Shown piece after piece: positions 49,141 through 61,706 of a stretch of 64,000 bases of DNA. Made by a program: the position numbers and the translations under genes. How positions within the stretch are numbered: the stretch's first letter is position 1; each line of letters opens with the position of its first letter. The notes beneath the pieces are model-generated. The model had not been told where the DNA came from. It did no database searches and saw nothing but the letters and a program-made list of their open reading frames with translations. Where the stretch lies: NCBI GenBank assembly GCA_965153455.1, contig OZ234493.1, positions 17,412,213 to 17,476,212 on the forward strand. The letters are read 5' to 3'. Source of the DNA: Sphagnum compactum. Taxonomy: Eukaryota.

Positions 49141-52100
49141 CTCTTCCGAAACCCAGAGAAAAAACGATCCTCGCATACCTCCACTCCCATTCTAGTCAAA
49201 TAGCCCAAACGTTAGAAACTTCAATATCAAAATTAAACCTTGTTCCAGGGGCCGAGAGGATGGAGAGAGAAAAATAAAAATAAACAATCACAATCTAATC
49301 CTAAACCCACCTTGAACAAGAAATTAATAAATCTTTTCATGACATCCCCGCCCCCCCGCCCCCCCCCCCCCACAATGAATTTGTAAAAAATAAACCACCC
49401 CCCCACGGGGTGTGCCAGCTTCCCATTGGTTACATTTGTGAAAACTTGGACTCTTGAAGCGCCTGGATGGACTATGAGGGGGCCGCCTATTTTTTTCCCC
49501 TGCAATTCCTTTAAAATATATATATATCTCCAAAGGCGATTATTTCGGTTTTTTATTCCCGGTGTAAATTCCAAAAACAAATCTTTTGTAAAAAAAAATT
49601 GCCAGAATTTCTGGAAAAAAAAATTGAACAAAAAAATGCTGGCAGGCTGCTAGTGGCTCCAACTTCTTTTCTTGCGCGCAATTTTATGTCCTCTGGCAGT
49701 TTTCCCAAAATAAAATCAAATATTCCCTTAATGCAAAATTATGGTTAATGCATATGAAATATACACTACCGTTGATTGGAACCGACAGAATGTCAGATGT
49801 CATCTTATTGTTGCAAGTGTCCACTAGATGACTTCGATTTTCCATCCGCAAGTAATTAAAATTTAAATAAAATAGTACAATTTTTTTGGAATGTATACCC
49901 ATGTTTGTTCGGCTCGCATCTAATTATAATGTCCTCCCTCTAAGTCATTTTATCTTTTACTCGATGCAATTTTATAATTTCCTATCTACCAAAATGTGGG
50001 TTTTATGGACTTGGCTACTGTCTAATTATGTTCACTCTTCGCCCGTCTGTCCGTCGATCTGTCGTTCACGTCCGTTTCCGCGCAGCAGCTGCCGTGGTCG
50101 ATGCTGCCTCAAATCCACCCTGCTGTTGAAATTTCTTCTTCTGTCTTACAATCGACTGCCGCATGTGTCTCTCTCATCAAGAAATCGGACACCCGGCAGG
50201 CTTATCTGGTGATGATAATAATAATCGTAATTGCGACGCTTAATAGCGGTGGGAGGAGAAACTATTGCTGAAGTGCCGGAATATTGAGTACGCGTCGATC
50301 GTCCGGAATCCGTCGGAGCTGCTGTAGCGATGTTGTCTTAATTGTTTCTTTCACGGTGGACCTGCAATTTCTGTGATCTACGTCTTCCACCGACAATATT
50401 GACGTCCTGAACGGAACGTCCTGAACGGAGTTTGGAGCCTAAAACATTACGCTAAAACAGCCTGACATTATCGACTGTAGTTCCCCGACCTGGAGTTCTG
50501 TATGTCGCTATCACATCTGGCAAAAATGGGGGAGCGCCCCATGACATCATTCTTTCCTGGCCTTTTGTCCTGCTTGGTGAAGCTGTCTTCGAGAGAGAAG
50601 ATGACCCCCCTGGACTCCTGGTGATGACATTCTTCATTTTGCGCATTAAAATTCTTTAAAATTCTTCCTTTGGCACCTTGTCAAAACATTCTTGACCCGC
50701 GAATGTTTACCAAATCACACTGGTTGATCTATAAAATTCATTAAAATTCTTGCTTCTTTGGGCTTCCGTAACATTCTCGCACCAAGAATGTCATAACATT
50801 CTCGCACCAAGAATGTCATAACATTCTGTGTGCTTGTTGTTTCATTGACCCCCAATATTCCTCTCACGAACATTCTGTGTACTTGTTCTACTTGTTGCCA
50901 CCCTTTCGCCCCTGTACGACCTGTCCACACCTCGCAAGCGTGGCTTAGTGTTGGGCGTACCGATGAGTCGAGCGATTGGCACATTGCTTCCGGATTTGTT
51001 CCTTGCTCTTCGTTTTGTACTTGTTCCTTGCTGTTCCTTCCCTGCATCTTGCAAACCCGACAAAAGGATCGAAGGATAAAAAATATATACTACGACGAAT
51101 TGCAAAAAATAGGAAAAGAAAAATAAATGATAAAAATTAGACGAATAAATAAGAATGAACGAATAAGTACAACCAATAAATACACCCAAAAAACCGTAAG
51201 AAACATTCGGTAAGAAGAAGAATATGGAAAAGGGCGAAAAACGAGGATTCCGAAGAAAGATGGGAGGACGAAAAAAGGGGGAAGAAAATGCCTTTTAAAA
51301 GTCGAAGAAAAAATACAAGTAAAAAAAGGAAGATGAGAAGAAAGGAAAAAAAATCCGAAAAGGAATAGCCTGTGGTCTCATGATAACCAAAAAAAAAATG
51401 CGAAAAACAAATCCTTTCAAAGATGTGAAAAACAAAACCCCCCGAAAAAAAAAAAACAAACTGTTTTTTCAACACAAAACCCCCTCGCCGAAATATATAT
51501 ATGTACGGTTGACCTCTCGCAACCTATGGAAAAAAAGTTCACTATTTCAACACCTCCGCCCATGCATTTTCATAAAATAACATTCACCTCTTGTCCCACC
51601 TCTCTTCCAAAACCCAGAAAAAAAAAAACGATCCTCACATACCTCCACTCCCTTCTAGTCAAATAGCCCAAACCTTAGAAACTTCAACATCAAAATTAAT
51701 TCTTGTTCAAGGGGCCAAGAGGATGGAGAGAGGAAAATAAAAAATAAACAATCACACTCTAATCCTAAACCCACCTTGAACAAGAAATTAATAAATCTTT
51801 TCATGACATCCCCCCCCCCCACAATGAATTTGTAAAAAATAAACCACCCCACGGGGTGTGCCAGCTTCCCATTGGTTACACTCGTGAAAAGTTGGACACT
51901 TGAAGCGCCTGGATGGACTATGATGGGGCCCCCTATTTTTTTCCCCTGCAATTCCTTTAAAATATATATATATCTCCAAAGGCGATTATTTCGGTTTTTT
52001 ATTCCCGGTGTAAATTCCAAAAACAAATCTTTTGTAAAAAAAAATTGCCAGAATTTCTGGTAAAAAAAAAATCGAACAAAAAAATGCTGGCAGGCTGCTA

Positions 52101-52815
52101 GTGGCTCCAACTTCTTTTTCTTGCGCGCAATTTTATGTCCTCTGGCAGTTTTCCCAAAATAAAATCAAATATTCCCTTAATGCAAAATTATGGTTAATGC
52201 ATATGAAATATACACTACCGTTGATTGGAACCGACAGAATGTCAGATGTCATCTTATTGTTGCAAGTGTCCACTAGATGATTTCGATTTTCCATCCGCAA
52301 GTAATTAAAATTTAAATAAAATAGTACAATTTCTTTGGAATGTATACCCATGTTTGTTCCGCTTGCATCTAATTATAATGTCCTCCCTGTAAGTCATTTT
52401 ATCTTTTACTCGATGCAATTTTATAATTTCCTATCTACCAAAATGTGGGTTTTATGGACTTGGCTACTGTCTAATTATGTTCACTCTTCACCCGTCTGTC
52501 CGTCAATATGTCGTTCACGTCCGTTTCCGCGCAGCAGCTGCCGTGGTCGATGCTGCCTCAAATCCACCCTGCTATTGAAATTTCTTCTTCTGTCTTACAA
52601 TCAGGCAGGCTTATCTGGTGATGATAATAATAATCGTAATTGCGACGCTTAATAGCGGTGGGAGGAGAAACTATTGCTGAAGTGCCGGAATATTGAGTAC
52701 GCGTTGATCAACCGGAATCCGTCGGAGCTGCTGTAGTGATGTTGTCTTAATTGTTTCTTTCACGGCGGACCTGCAATTTCTGTGATCTACGACAATATCG
52801 ACGTCCTGAACGGAA
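49140..52815. repeat. ~1.25 kb direct duplication (49140-50410 and 51600-52815)
   Basis: Near-identical sequence and duplicated spurious ORFs (49684/52133, 49886/52335). Confidence 0.9.
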
Positions 52816-53134
52816 CATGAACCAGGCTCGATTTTGGTTATATCAAAACTGATTTGAGATCCAATCACCAGAGGTTTTTGCTGGTGGTCTGTCTCTCACA
52901 TGTAGGACTTGGAGATGTACAATGTTGCTTGAGATAAAGCATCCATCGTTTCACTCTGAATTCAATGCCTCGGCATGCAGGATCTTCGAAGACAGGAAAG
53001 AAGAAAATAAGATCTCCAGTTAGGATCTAGGGTGTTGTCTGAAATTAGCATTAAGGGAAGCCATTCTAAAATTATATTAGCCTATGGAGTCTACTACCTA
53101 CATACGTTAGTGAGCCTATGCTCTAAGGCTTGTC

Positions 53135-53172
53135 CTAGATTATGTACGTAGGTACCTACGTACATAATCTAG
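53135..53172. repeat. Perfect 38-bp palindrome
   Basis: CTAGATTATGTACGTAGGTACCTACGTACATAATCTAG equals its own reverse complement. Confidence 0.95.
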
Positions 53173-53774
53173 CTATCTAAGATGTAGGTACCTATACGTA
53201 GCTAACCTATGTTAAAGGTACATATTATGAAGGAGTGATAGGTACCTAGAGAGTAGGTGTTAAGGTGCCCGTACTGACCTGCCCGTTCAGCCCGCGGGCA
53301 TCGTCTCGCTCTCTCTCTTGATACCGACAGTTGAGTCTTTGGGTATTGGTGTGTCCTCACTGTACTTGGATCACACAACTGGGCTCTTTCTTTTGGCTTT
53401 TCTTTTTCTTATCTCTATTTTGGTTCGCTTTGAGGAGAGAGAGGAGAGATCAGATAATCAATTTGCAGCTCTCAGAATCAACACGCCGGCCGTTTGTAGA
53501 TTCTACAATACCTAGCAATCAAGAAAATTTAACTCAACTCTGAAACCATCTGGTTTTGATTATTTAAGCAAAAAAAGACCCAAAACCACTGATATATATG
53601 AAAGTGGTTAAACCTGGAACAAATTATTCACCTCAAAAGCATAGCAGCTGACTCTGTCCACCTCTTCAGCAATTTCAGTTTTGGTATAGAACTACCAACT
53701 TCCCTACCATTGTAGCATTGTAGCATTGTACCATTGTAACATTGTACCATTGTAAGTGTGGATTTAACACTTAC

Positions 53775-55589
53775 CAATTGACTGACCAGGGAACTGGTCA
53801 ACTAACTTGGCAACATCAGCATCGTGCACATTATCAGCCCTGAAAATACCCTTGCACACACCAATACGGTCTTCACGAGTGGGGGCCCAATAGAACTTCT
53901 CCATGCGTCCATCACGAATCAGGGGTGCATAGAGTGTGGAGAAATCATTCCCAGTAACAATGATAGGCACACGGGGAATCTCATCCTTGTTGTAAATACC
54001 CGGAAGTTGCACATTAGTTGGATTATCTGCAATGTTCATGAGAGTGGCGTTCACCATCTGGTTGTTCACAGTGTATTGGGTGGTGCCACCCATGCGCCCT
54101 GCACCTGCATCCAGATCATTGATGAAGAGTGCACACATTTTCCCCTTCTTAATAACATCAGCTGCCTCACGATATCTTTGCCTGATGAGCTTGGCTGGTT
54201 CTCCAGCATTTCCACTCTCCGACTCTCCTGCACTCATCATAATTGGGCTGCACATATGACATCACAGACACATAAATACTCATCACAACCAGTGTAACAG
54301 CCCACTTGTAGAAATTTCAGCAAGTATTATACACAGTGGAAGGGTTTGTTTGGAATAGCCAAAGGATATATATACTCTTCCCAGTACATCCACATATACA
54401 TTGCAAGGTAGGAAAAAATAGCAAACAACATTTTTTTGTCAGAAATCAGATAGCAGATAGCATCAAAGCAACCTCACTTACTTGATTCCAAGCTTAGACA
54501 TCACAAGCTCGCATTGAAAAGACTTTCCTTGTCCCTTGCCTCCCCATATGCCCAGGATGAGGGGAACCTGTTAAGCAAGGCCAACCTCAAATATCTACTC
54601 AGAAAATCTTTTGGCTCTATCCTCCTGGAAGCAAAACATATTTGTTGCACTGTAAAGCAAACTCTAAAGACATGAGAAACAGTCTTCTATTCCAAACTGT
54701 AACATCATGATGATACGACTTAGCAACAAAGTGATGATGTGATCAGCTAGTACCTTGATGTTGGGTAGGCTCATGAAATTCTTGGCAATGTGAACCACAA
54801 GCTTGTCCATGAAGGCAGGGGCAATGTAGAGCCCATCCTGCATGTTATCAAAGTTGAACCTGTTCCAAATTATGCAAAATACAGTCAAGAAAGAAAGACT
54901 GCACTAGAAGAGCACAAATAGTATACTATAATAGTCCTGACACCATATTCCTCACAGCAGCATCAAAAGCAGTACACACACACGAAGAAAAGAAATCCTT
55001 TGATATTTTTCGCACTCTTCTTTTGATACTCCAAACTCAGCTGGCTTGAAACTGTCAGAATGTTGCACTTGGAAGATGAGCTTCGACCCTGTGCAGGCCT
55101 ATTGGGTACCAACCGGCAAGATTCTGAGACACACCTACACAATTTATGGCTGCTGCTATGATTCCTGAAGAAGAAGCTGCAGAGAAAAGATGGAAGAAGG
55201 GGAGAAATTTTTGTCTCACTCACGTGCGTTGAGCAGTGCTGATGTAGTCATAGCTACTCATGATGGGAGTCTGGGTACCCATCCCCTGTGCCCCTTGGAA
55301 CAATGCATCCACCATGCCCTTACCACGCTGGATGTCTTGCTGGTCATCGGAGGTATCGTAACCCAGTCCAGTCCATTTGTCCTGCTTGGATCCAGCCTTG
55401 GCTTCGCAAGTGATACGACTCTTTCCATGTGCAGCAGCTGCACTCTGTAGTGCCTGCAAACTACTACTATTCCTCCCTGCTAAGGATTTTTGGGTGCAAC
55501 CACTGCAGCCTGAAAGGAATGGAGAGCTCGGAAGGAGAACTGCAGAGCTCGGCCGGCTGCTGGTGGCGACTGCTTGAGATCCAATCAAG
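53775..55589 (-). CDS. RCA: Rubisco activase, exons 55589-55224, 54859-54754, 54567-54482, 54247-53775; 3' exons not found (probably truncated)
   Basis: [106 protein letters not shown] junctions in phase; start exon uncertain (possible ATG 55967); DFFGALR exon absent. Confidence 0.9.
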
Positions 55590-57780
55590 CTGTTATTAAC
55601 CTAACATTCAGAAGCGACAAGTCCACAACAGAAAGAAAAAGCTCTATCACCATATCCTTACAAAAAGGAAAAAAAAGCGAACAATACCCCCGCAGCTACA
55701 TCTGTAAACCAAGATCCAAATACAGCTACAATCAACGCAGTGACAAATCCAAAGAAATGATCCTCAACGCGGCCGATTTGATCTGAAACATGCACACAAA
55801 AAGATAGAAAGTGCTGAAAAACCATGACGACGACGACCTTCAAACCTCCTCTGCTTCAATTGCAAAGATCGAGATTTGCACGCCGGCCGTTTGTAGATTC
55901 TACAATACCTAGTGATCGGCAGAAAAGCTCTAGTAGTACTTACAGCAACCGCAACACGGCTTGACATTCGCCACTGTCCCTGCCTTGACGCCTACCCACC
56001 AATATAGAGAAGATCCCGGGGCCGGTCGGCCTGAACGCCGGGCATGAAAATGGGCCCGGGCCGAGCTCATCCCGGGCCCAGTCGGTGGCCCGGTCGGCGT
56101 TCTGCCGAGCTCCGTCACAGAGACGTAGTGAAATTAATGTCGAAACTTCTACAACCCACCTACCTACCTACCGTTTTGGGAGGGGGAAAGGGTTTAGGGT
56201 GTTGTTGTGTCGTGACGTTGTGCGAAAACGACATGATCTGCTTGGATTCTGCCTTGCAATGATCTGCTTTCCAAAGCGCCTAGCACGCGACGTTGCTTGC
56301 TGCAACTGTCTTGTGCTGCTGTGAGGCATCTGTTGTTCTCGTTCGCTTTCTCCTGGCGTGTGGATCGTGCTTCTTGGAACATTTCTTCGACTGGCGCACC
56401 GGTGGCATAGTGTTTCGGAGGGAGAGAGAGCCGGGGGCGTTGCACGCACTCGGGCGGTAGAGTGTTTCGAAGGGACAGAGCTGGGGGCATTGCGGGCGCT
56501 GACGGAGGCAGGAGCGCCGATCGTGCGCGGGAGGCGGTGTGGGGTCTGCTGGAAGCAGCGACGGACTGCATATCGGTGGGTGCGTCTTATGTCCGCGCCC
56601 GTTTGTTGCATTCCCTCCCTCCCTTCTTACACATTTGACTTGCATGATCTTTTGTTTCCAGTGTATATTGTTGTTTCACTAGTGATAATGCATGCTTGAT
56701 CAAATTTTCAGTCCGTAGAATGCTATTTGCTTTGACGCAGTTTGGACTGAATCATAGTTTTGTCTGTGCTTTGCCAACAGAAGCTGAAAGAGTTGTTGGG
56801 TGGGCACGGAATCATCGTTTGGGGCTGTGCCTATCCGATCCACCCACGAATAAGGCCAAGCTCATCATTCATCAAAACAGGTTGAGTTTCCTGTTCCATT
56901 TTTCGGGGTATGAACTTTGCTTATGAGATGCTTTTGGCACGTGGGAGATGGTAGATAAGTGTTTCTGGGAGTTTCAGTTTGCAGGGACTCAGTAGATGCA
57001 CTGCAAACCGCTCCATCAAAACCAATATGTTTTAGATTTCGCAAATAGAGTATGTAACAGTCATACGTAAAAATCCTTGTTTCTTCCTTCTACAGATGTA
57101 CTGTTGATAGACTGGCTGCAGACAGTATAAGTTGTAAACCTTTAAAAAGACACCAATTAACTCAACAAGCTTAGAACCCTTATAGTCCTTCACCACACGT
57201 GATGATTTCTTTGCATCTTGCTCCCGCAACCTTGTCACTGCCTTTTCCTTAGACCCGGTTATCACCACCACAACCCTGAATCAGATGATGAAACACTCTA
57301 GACCAGACGGTTGCAGAAGATGAATACGAGAAGGCTTTGATAACTGCAGTCATCCCACCGAGTGAGGTTATGACTGCATTCATTCTTGTTCCGTTTGTTT
57401 TGATTTGGTCAGAACTGGCACATTTTTTTTTTCGGCTTCCTTACATATTTTTTCTGGAGTTTTTCTCTGCATTCACATGGATGTCTGTTTCTCCTTTTTT
57501 GACTCCATATACATTTGAGTCAACATCAGGGCGAGCCCGGTATGTTACTGAAGATTGCTGTACACCTTCACAACTTTTCTGTTCTGAAGTGCATTATCTG
57601 TCCTTGTCTCTTGTCCTATTGTATTATTCGCCAGATCGCACTTTCATGTCATTTTGCCAGCAGTTCTCGGTACTTGTTCCTGCTACCAATAAGCTGGTAA
57701 TGTCGATCTCAGTTCGTGATGAACTGTTCCTAGTGATGTTCCCAAAAGTACATGTGACTTTGCTTTGTTCTGGACAGCAG

Positions 57781-58666
57781 ATTTGAGGAGTGAAGCGTTC
57801 CCAAGTAAGACAAATAAACGCAAAAGGCCAGGTGATGAACCGGAGTCGTCAGATGTTGACTTTGAGGATATGGAAGATCCTCTGCTGTTTACAAAGTGAA
57901 ATTGAGGCCAAACAAAGCGAAGAAGCCAGAGCATGTGCGGCAGAAAAGGGCCAAAAACACAAAGAGCATGCAAACTGTTGAAAAAGAGGATAACGAGTCC
58001 AATGTGGTGAACCCTGAAGCCAAGGCTCGAAGGTATGTTGAACTGACCTTTAACTTTACACGAAAATCCTGTGTCTTTCGTTTAACCCGTCATCCTGATG
58101 CACCAATGTAAATGCTCCCGGAGCGGGTGCTCCCTGTCCAGATGTTTCTGTCCTTCTATATGCATGAAAGACAAAGAGGAAAGAGACGTCGATGAAGGAA
58201 AAATGTTATCGTTAATGTTCTGTTGACCTCATGGAACCAATGGATGAACTTTTGTAAGATCCACTTGCTGGACAGTCAAATGGCAGTAGGCCACAGGTCG
58301 CTTCTGACACTGTTCCAAAGTTCTGTGGCCGAATATGAGTTGTCCTGAAACAGACTGGTTTCTGCCTCTAAACTCATAGAAACTTCCATGGTTTGATTCC
58401 CCTTTTCCGTCCATTACCACGTCTGTAACCCTGGAACCTTTTGCATCCTGCATTGCTGATCCATTTATGTGGCATCTGAACGTAGGTACCAACTTGAGGT
58501 CTTAGAAAGGGCTTCGAAGGAAAATATAATTCTGTATCTGGAAACAGGGGGTGGGAAGACACTTATAGCGGTAGTGCTCGTGAAATCTCTCGCTCACAAT
58601 CTTCGCTTGAAGGGAGATAAGCGCATTGCTGTCTTCCTTGTGCCCACTGTTATTCTTGTTCACCAG
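57781..58666 (+). pseudogene. DCL: Dicer-like (DCL4/DCL2-type) 5' fragment: exons 57781-58032 and 58486-58666
   Basis: NPEAKARR|YQLEVLERASKENIILYLETGGGKTLIAVVLV...IAVFLVPTVILVHQ|GT; first exon frameshifted; no downstream exons. Confidence 0.8.
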
Positions 58667-59296
58667 GTGAGACTTTTCGCCACAGACAGTGTGTGCCCTA
58701 TTATCTACGTATCAATCTGTCAAGGAGCTGATGAACTCGTAGTGGAAGAATTGCAGCTAGTCACTGACAATTATGTTGAATTCGGTGGTCTGAAACTTTC
58801 TGACTGAACCTCTCACAAGGTTATGACTGCATTCATTCTTGTTCCGTTTGTTTTGATTTGGTCAGAACTGGCACATTTTTTTTTCTGGCTTCCTTACATG
58901 TTTTTCCTAGAGTTTTTCAATGCATTCACGTGGATGTCTGTTTCTCCTTTTTTCACTCCATATACATTTGAGTCAACCTCAGGGCGAGCCCGGTATGTTA
59001 CTGAAGATTGCTGTACACCTTCACAACTTTTCAGTTCTGAAGTGCGTTATCTGTCCTTGTCTCTTGACTTATTGTAAAATCCACTTGCTGGACAGTCAAA
59101 TGGCAGTAGGCCACAGGTCGCTTCTGACACCGTTGCAAAGTTCTATGGCCGAATATGAGTTGTCCTGAAACAGACTGGTTTCTGCCTCTAAACTCATAGA
59201 AACTTTGATTCCCCTTTTCCGTCCATTACCACGTGTATAACCCTAGACCTTTTGCATCCTGCATTGCTGATCCATTTATGTGGCATCTGAACGTAG

Positions 59297-59477
59297 GTAC
59301 CAACTTGAGGTCTTAGAAAAGACTTCGAAGGAAAATATAATTCTGTATCTGGAAACCGGGGGTGGGAGGACACTTGTAGCGGTGTTTCTCGTGAAATCTC
59401 TCGCTCAAAATCTTCGCTTGAAGGGAGATAAGCGCATTGTTGTCTTCCTTGTGCCCACTGTTATTCTTGTTCACCAG
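59297..59477 (+). pseudogene. DCL: Duplicated Dicer-like helicase exon, copy 2 (Walker A K>R)
   Basis: YQLEVLEKTSKENIILYLETGGGRTLVAV. Confidence 0.8.
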
Positions 59478-60596
59478 GTGAGACTTTTCGCCACAGACAG
59501 TTTGTGCCCTATTAATCTTCGCCTTCTTGCTCACCATCTGGAATTCTGGTTGCTTCGTTGCAGGGATCATGAAGCTTGACATGGTGCCGTAAGATTCGAG
59601 CACACAGACACACACAGACAGAGACGGACGGCCCAGAACTCTGAGAGAGAGAGAGAGGCCAGAGCTCTGAATGCAGAATCATGAGCTTCAGAAACTGTGT
59701 TTTGTGCATCTGTGCTCCTCGAGTGTGTTGAAGTTGATGGGCCTGTGGTAATCTTGGCCTTAATTTGAACACACAAGATTCTAGAGGTTTGCTTCTTCTC
59801 CTCCACCGGAAGTCTGACCTCTTTGGTGATCCAATTCCAAGACCTTCTTCTTTAGAACTTTGAGGCAAGTAAAACAAGCCCTGAGCGACTTCCTTGTCAG
59901 GGCTGAAGCACAGACAGAGACAGAGAGAGCCCTGATGGAAAGTCAGGAAATAGATTTTTGATTCACTGTTTCTCCTATATTTTATACTGATTATGATCTA
60001 CGCATCAATCTGTCAAGGAGCTGATGAACTCGTAGTGGAAGAATTGCAGCTAGTCACTTACAATTAAGATGGATTTGGTGGTCTGAAACTTTCTGACTGA
60101 ACCTCTCACAAGGTTATGACTGCATTCATTCTTGTTCCGTTTGATTTGATTTGGTCAGAACTGGCACTTTTTTTTTTTGGCTTCCTTACATGTTTTTTCT
60201 GGAGTTTTTCTCTGCATTCACATGGATGTCTGTTTCTCCTTTTTTGACTCCATATACATTTGAGTCAACCTCAGGGCGAACCCGGTATGTTAGTGAAGAT
60301 TGTTGTACACCTTCACAACTTTTCTGTTCTGAAGGGCATTATCTGTGCTTGTCTCTTGTCTTATTGTAAGATCCACTTGCTGGACAGTCAAATGGCAGTA
60401 GGCCACAGGTCGCTTCTGACACTGTTGCAAAGTTCTGTGGCCGAATATGTTTGTCCTGAAACAGACTGGTTTCTGCCTCTAAACTCATAGAAACTTCCAT
60501 GGTTTGATTCCCCTTTTCCGTCCATTACCACGTCTGTAACCCTGGAACCTTTTGCATCCTGCATTGCTGATCCATTTACGTGGCATCTGAACGTAG

Positions 60597-60777
60597 GTAC
60601 CAACTTGAGGTCTTAGAAAGGGCTTCGAAGGAAAATATAATTCTGTATCTGGAAACAGGGGGTGGGAAGACACTTATAGCGGTGTTGCTCGTGAAATCTC
60701 TCGCTCACAATCTTCGCTTGAAGGGAGGTAAGCTCATTGCTGTCTTCCTTGTGCCCATTGTTATTCTTGTTCACCAG
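60597..60777 (+). pseudogene. DCL: Duplicated Dicer-like helicase exon, copy 3
   Basis: YQLEVLERASKENIILYLETGGGKTLIAVLLV. Confidence 0.8.
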
Positions 60778-61467
60778 GTGAGACTTTTCGCCACAGACAG
60801 TGTGTGCCCTATTAATCTTCGCCTTCTTGCTCACCATCTGGAATTCTGGTTGCTTCGTTGCAGGGATCATGAAGCTTGACATGGTGCCGTAAGATTCGAG
60901 CACACAGACACACACAGACAGAGACGGACGGCGCAGAACTCTGAGAGAGAGACAGAGGCCAGAGCCCTGAATGCAGAATCATGAGCTTCAGAAACTGTGT
61001 TTTGTGCATCTGTGCTCCTCGAGTGTGTTGAAGTTGACGGGCCTGTGGTAATCGTGGCCTTATCTTGAACACACAAGATTCTGGAGGTTTGCTTCTTCTC
61101 CTCCACCGGAAGTCTGACCTCTTTGGTGATCCAATTCCAGGACCTCTTCTTTAGAACTTTGAGGCAAGTAAAACCGAGTCTGTGTTCTCACATTCTTGAT
61201 GCTTGCAAAGGTGTTTTACTTGCTAATGGATGTTGCAGTGGTTTGGAGATGCTGAGAAACTCACAAAAGCTCTCTTTTCCTTGGTAAGGAAGCTGTCTCC
61301 ATCAGTCATCTTTGTTAACGAGCTGAGGTTTCTATCCGTCTACAAACAAAACAGAGGGCAAGGTATTTTATGCACTTTTTTGACGGTCTGTTGTGAAGAT
61401 AAATCGTGATATTCTTTGTAAAAGTCTTGTGGGCCACATGCTGCGGATGTTTTCTTTGTTTGGTGTC

Positions 61468-61567
61468 GGCGGACACCTCTTGACGGGCCGGGTATGGCAT
61501 TACAGGCCCCTTGATCGATGTCGATCGGGGTCTGTATGAGCCGGTTGGCATTCAAGAGGTGCCCGCC
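61468..61567. other. Long hairpin upstream of the TET/JBP-like gene
   Basis: GGCGGACACCTCTTGA / TCAAGAGGTGCCCGCC (15/16 paired); inner TACAGGCCC/GGGTCTGTA and GATCGA/TCGATC. Confidence 0.7.
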
Positions 61568-61706
61568 TTCCATTCCAAAAAAAAACGTCCTGTGGCCGTC
61601 TTTTTTGCATTTTCCAGCTCCATTTTTTTATGTTTCGAGAAGAAGGGTAAATCAATTGGAGTGCTGGTTGAGGTGCTCTCCTGTGCGTATTCTGACAGCC
61701 GTTGCC

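Noticed and set aside
53703-53754. (TA[C/G]CATTG)n 8-mer run
   Set aside because: Simple intronic microsatellite with no further signal
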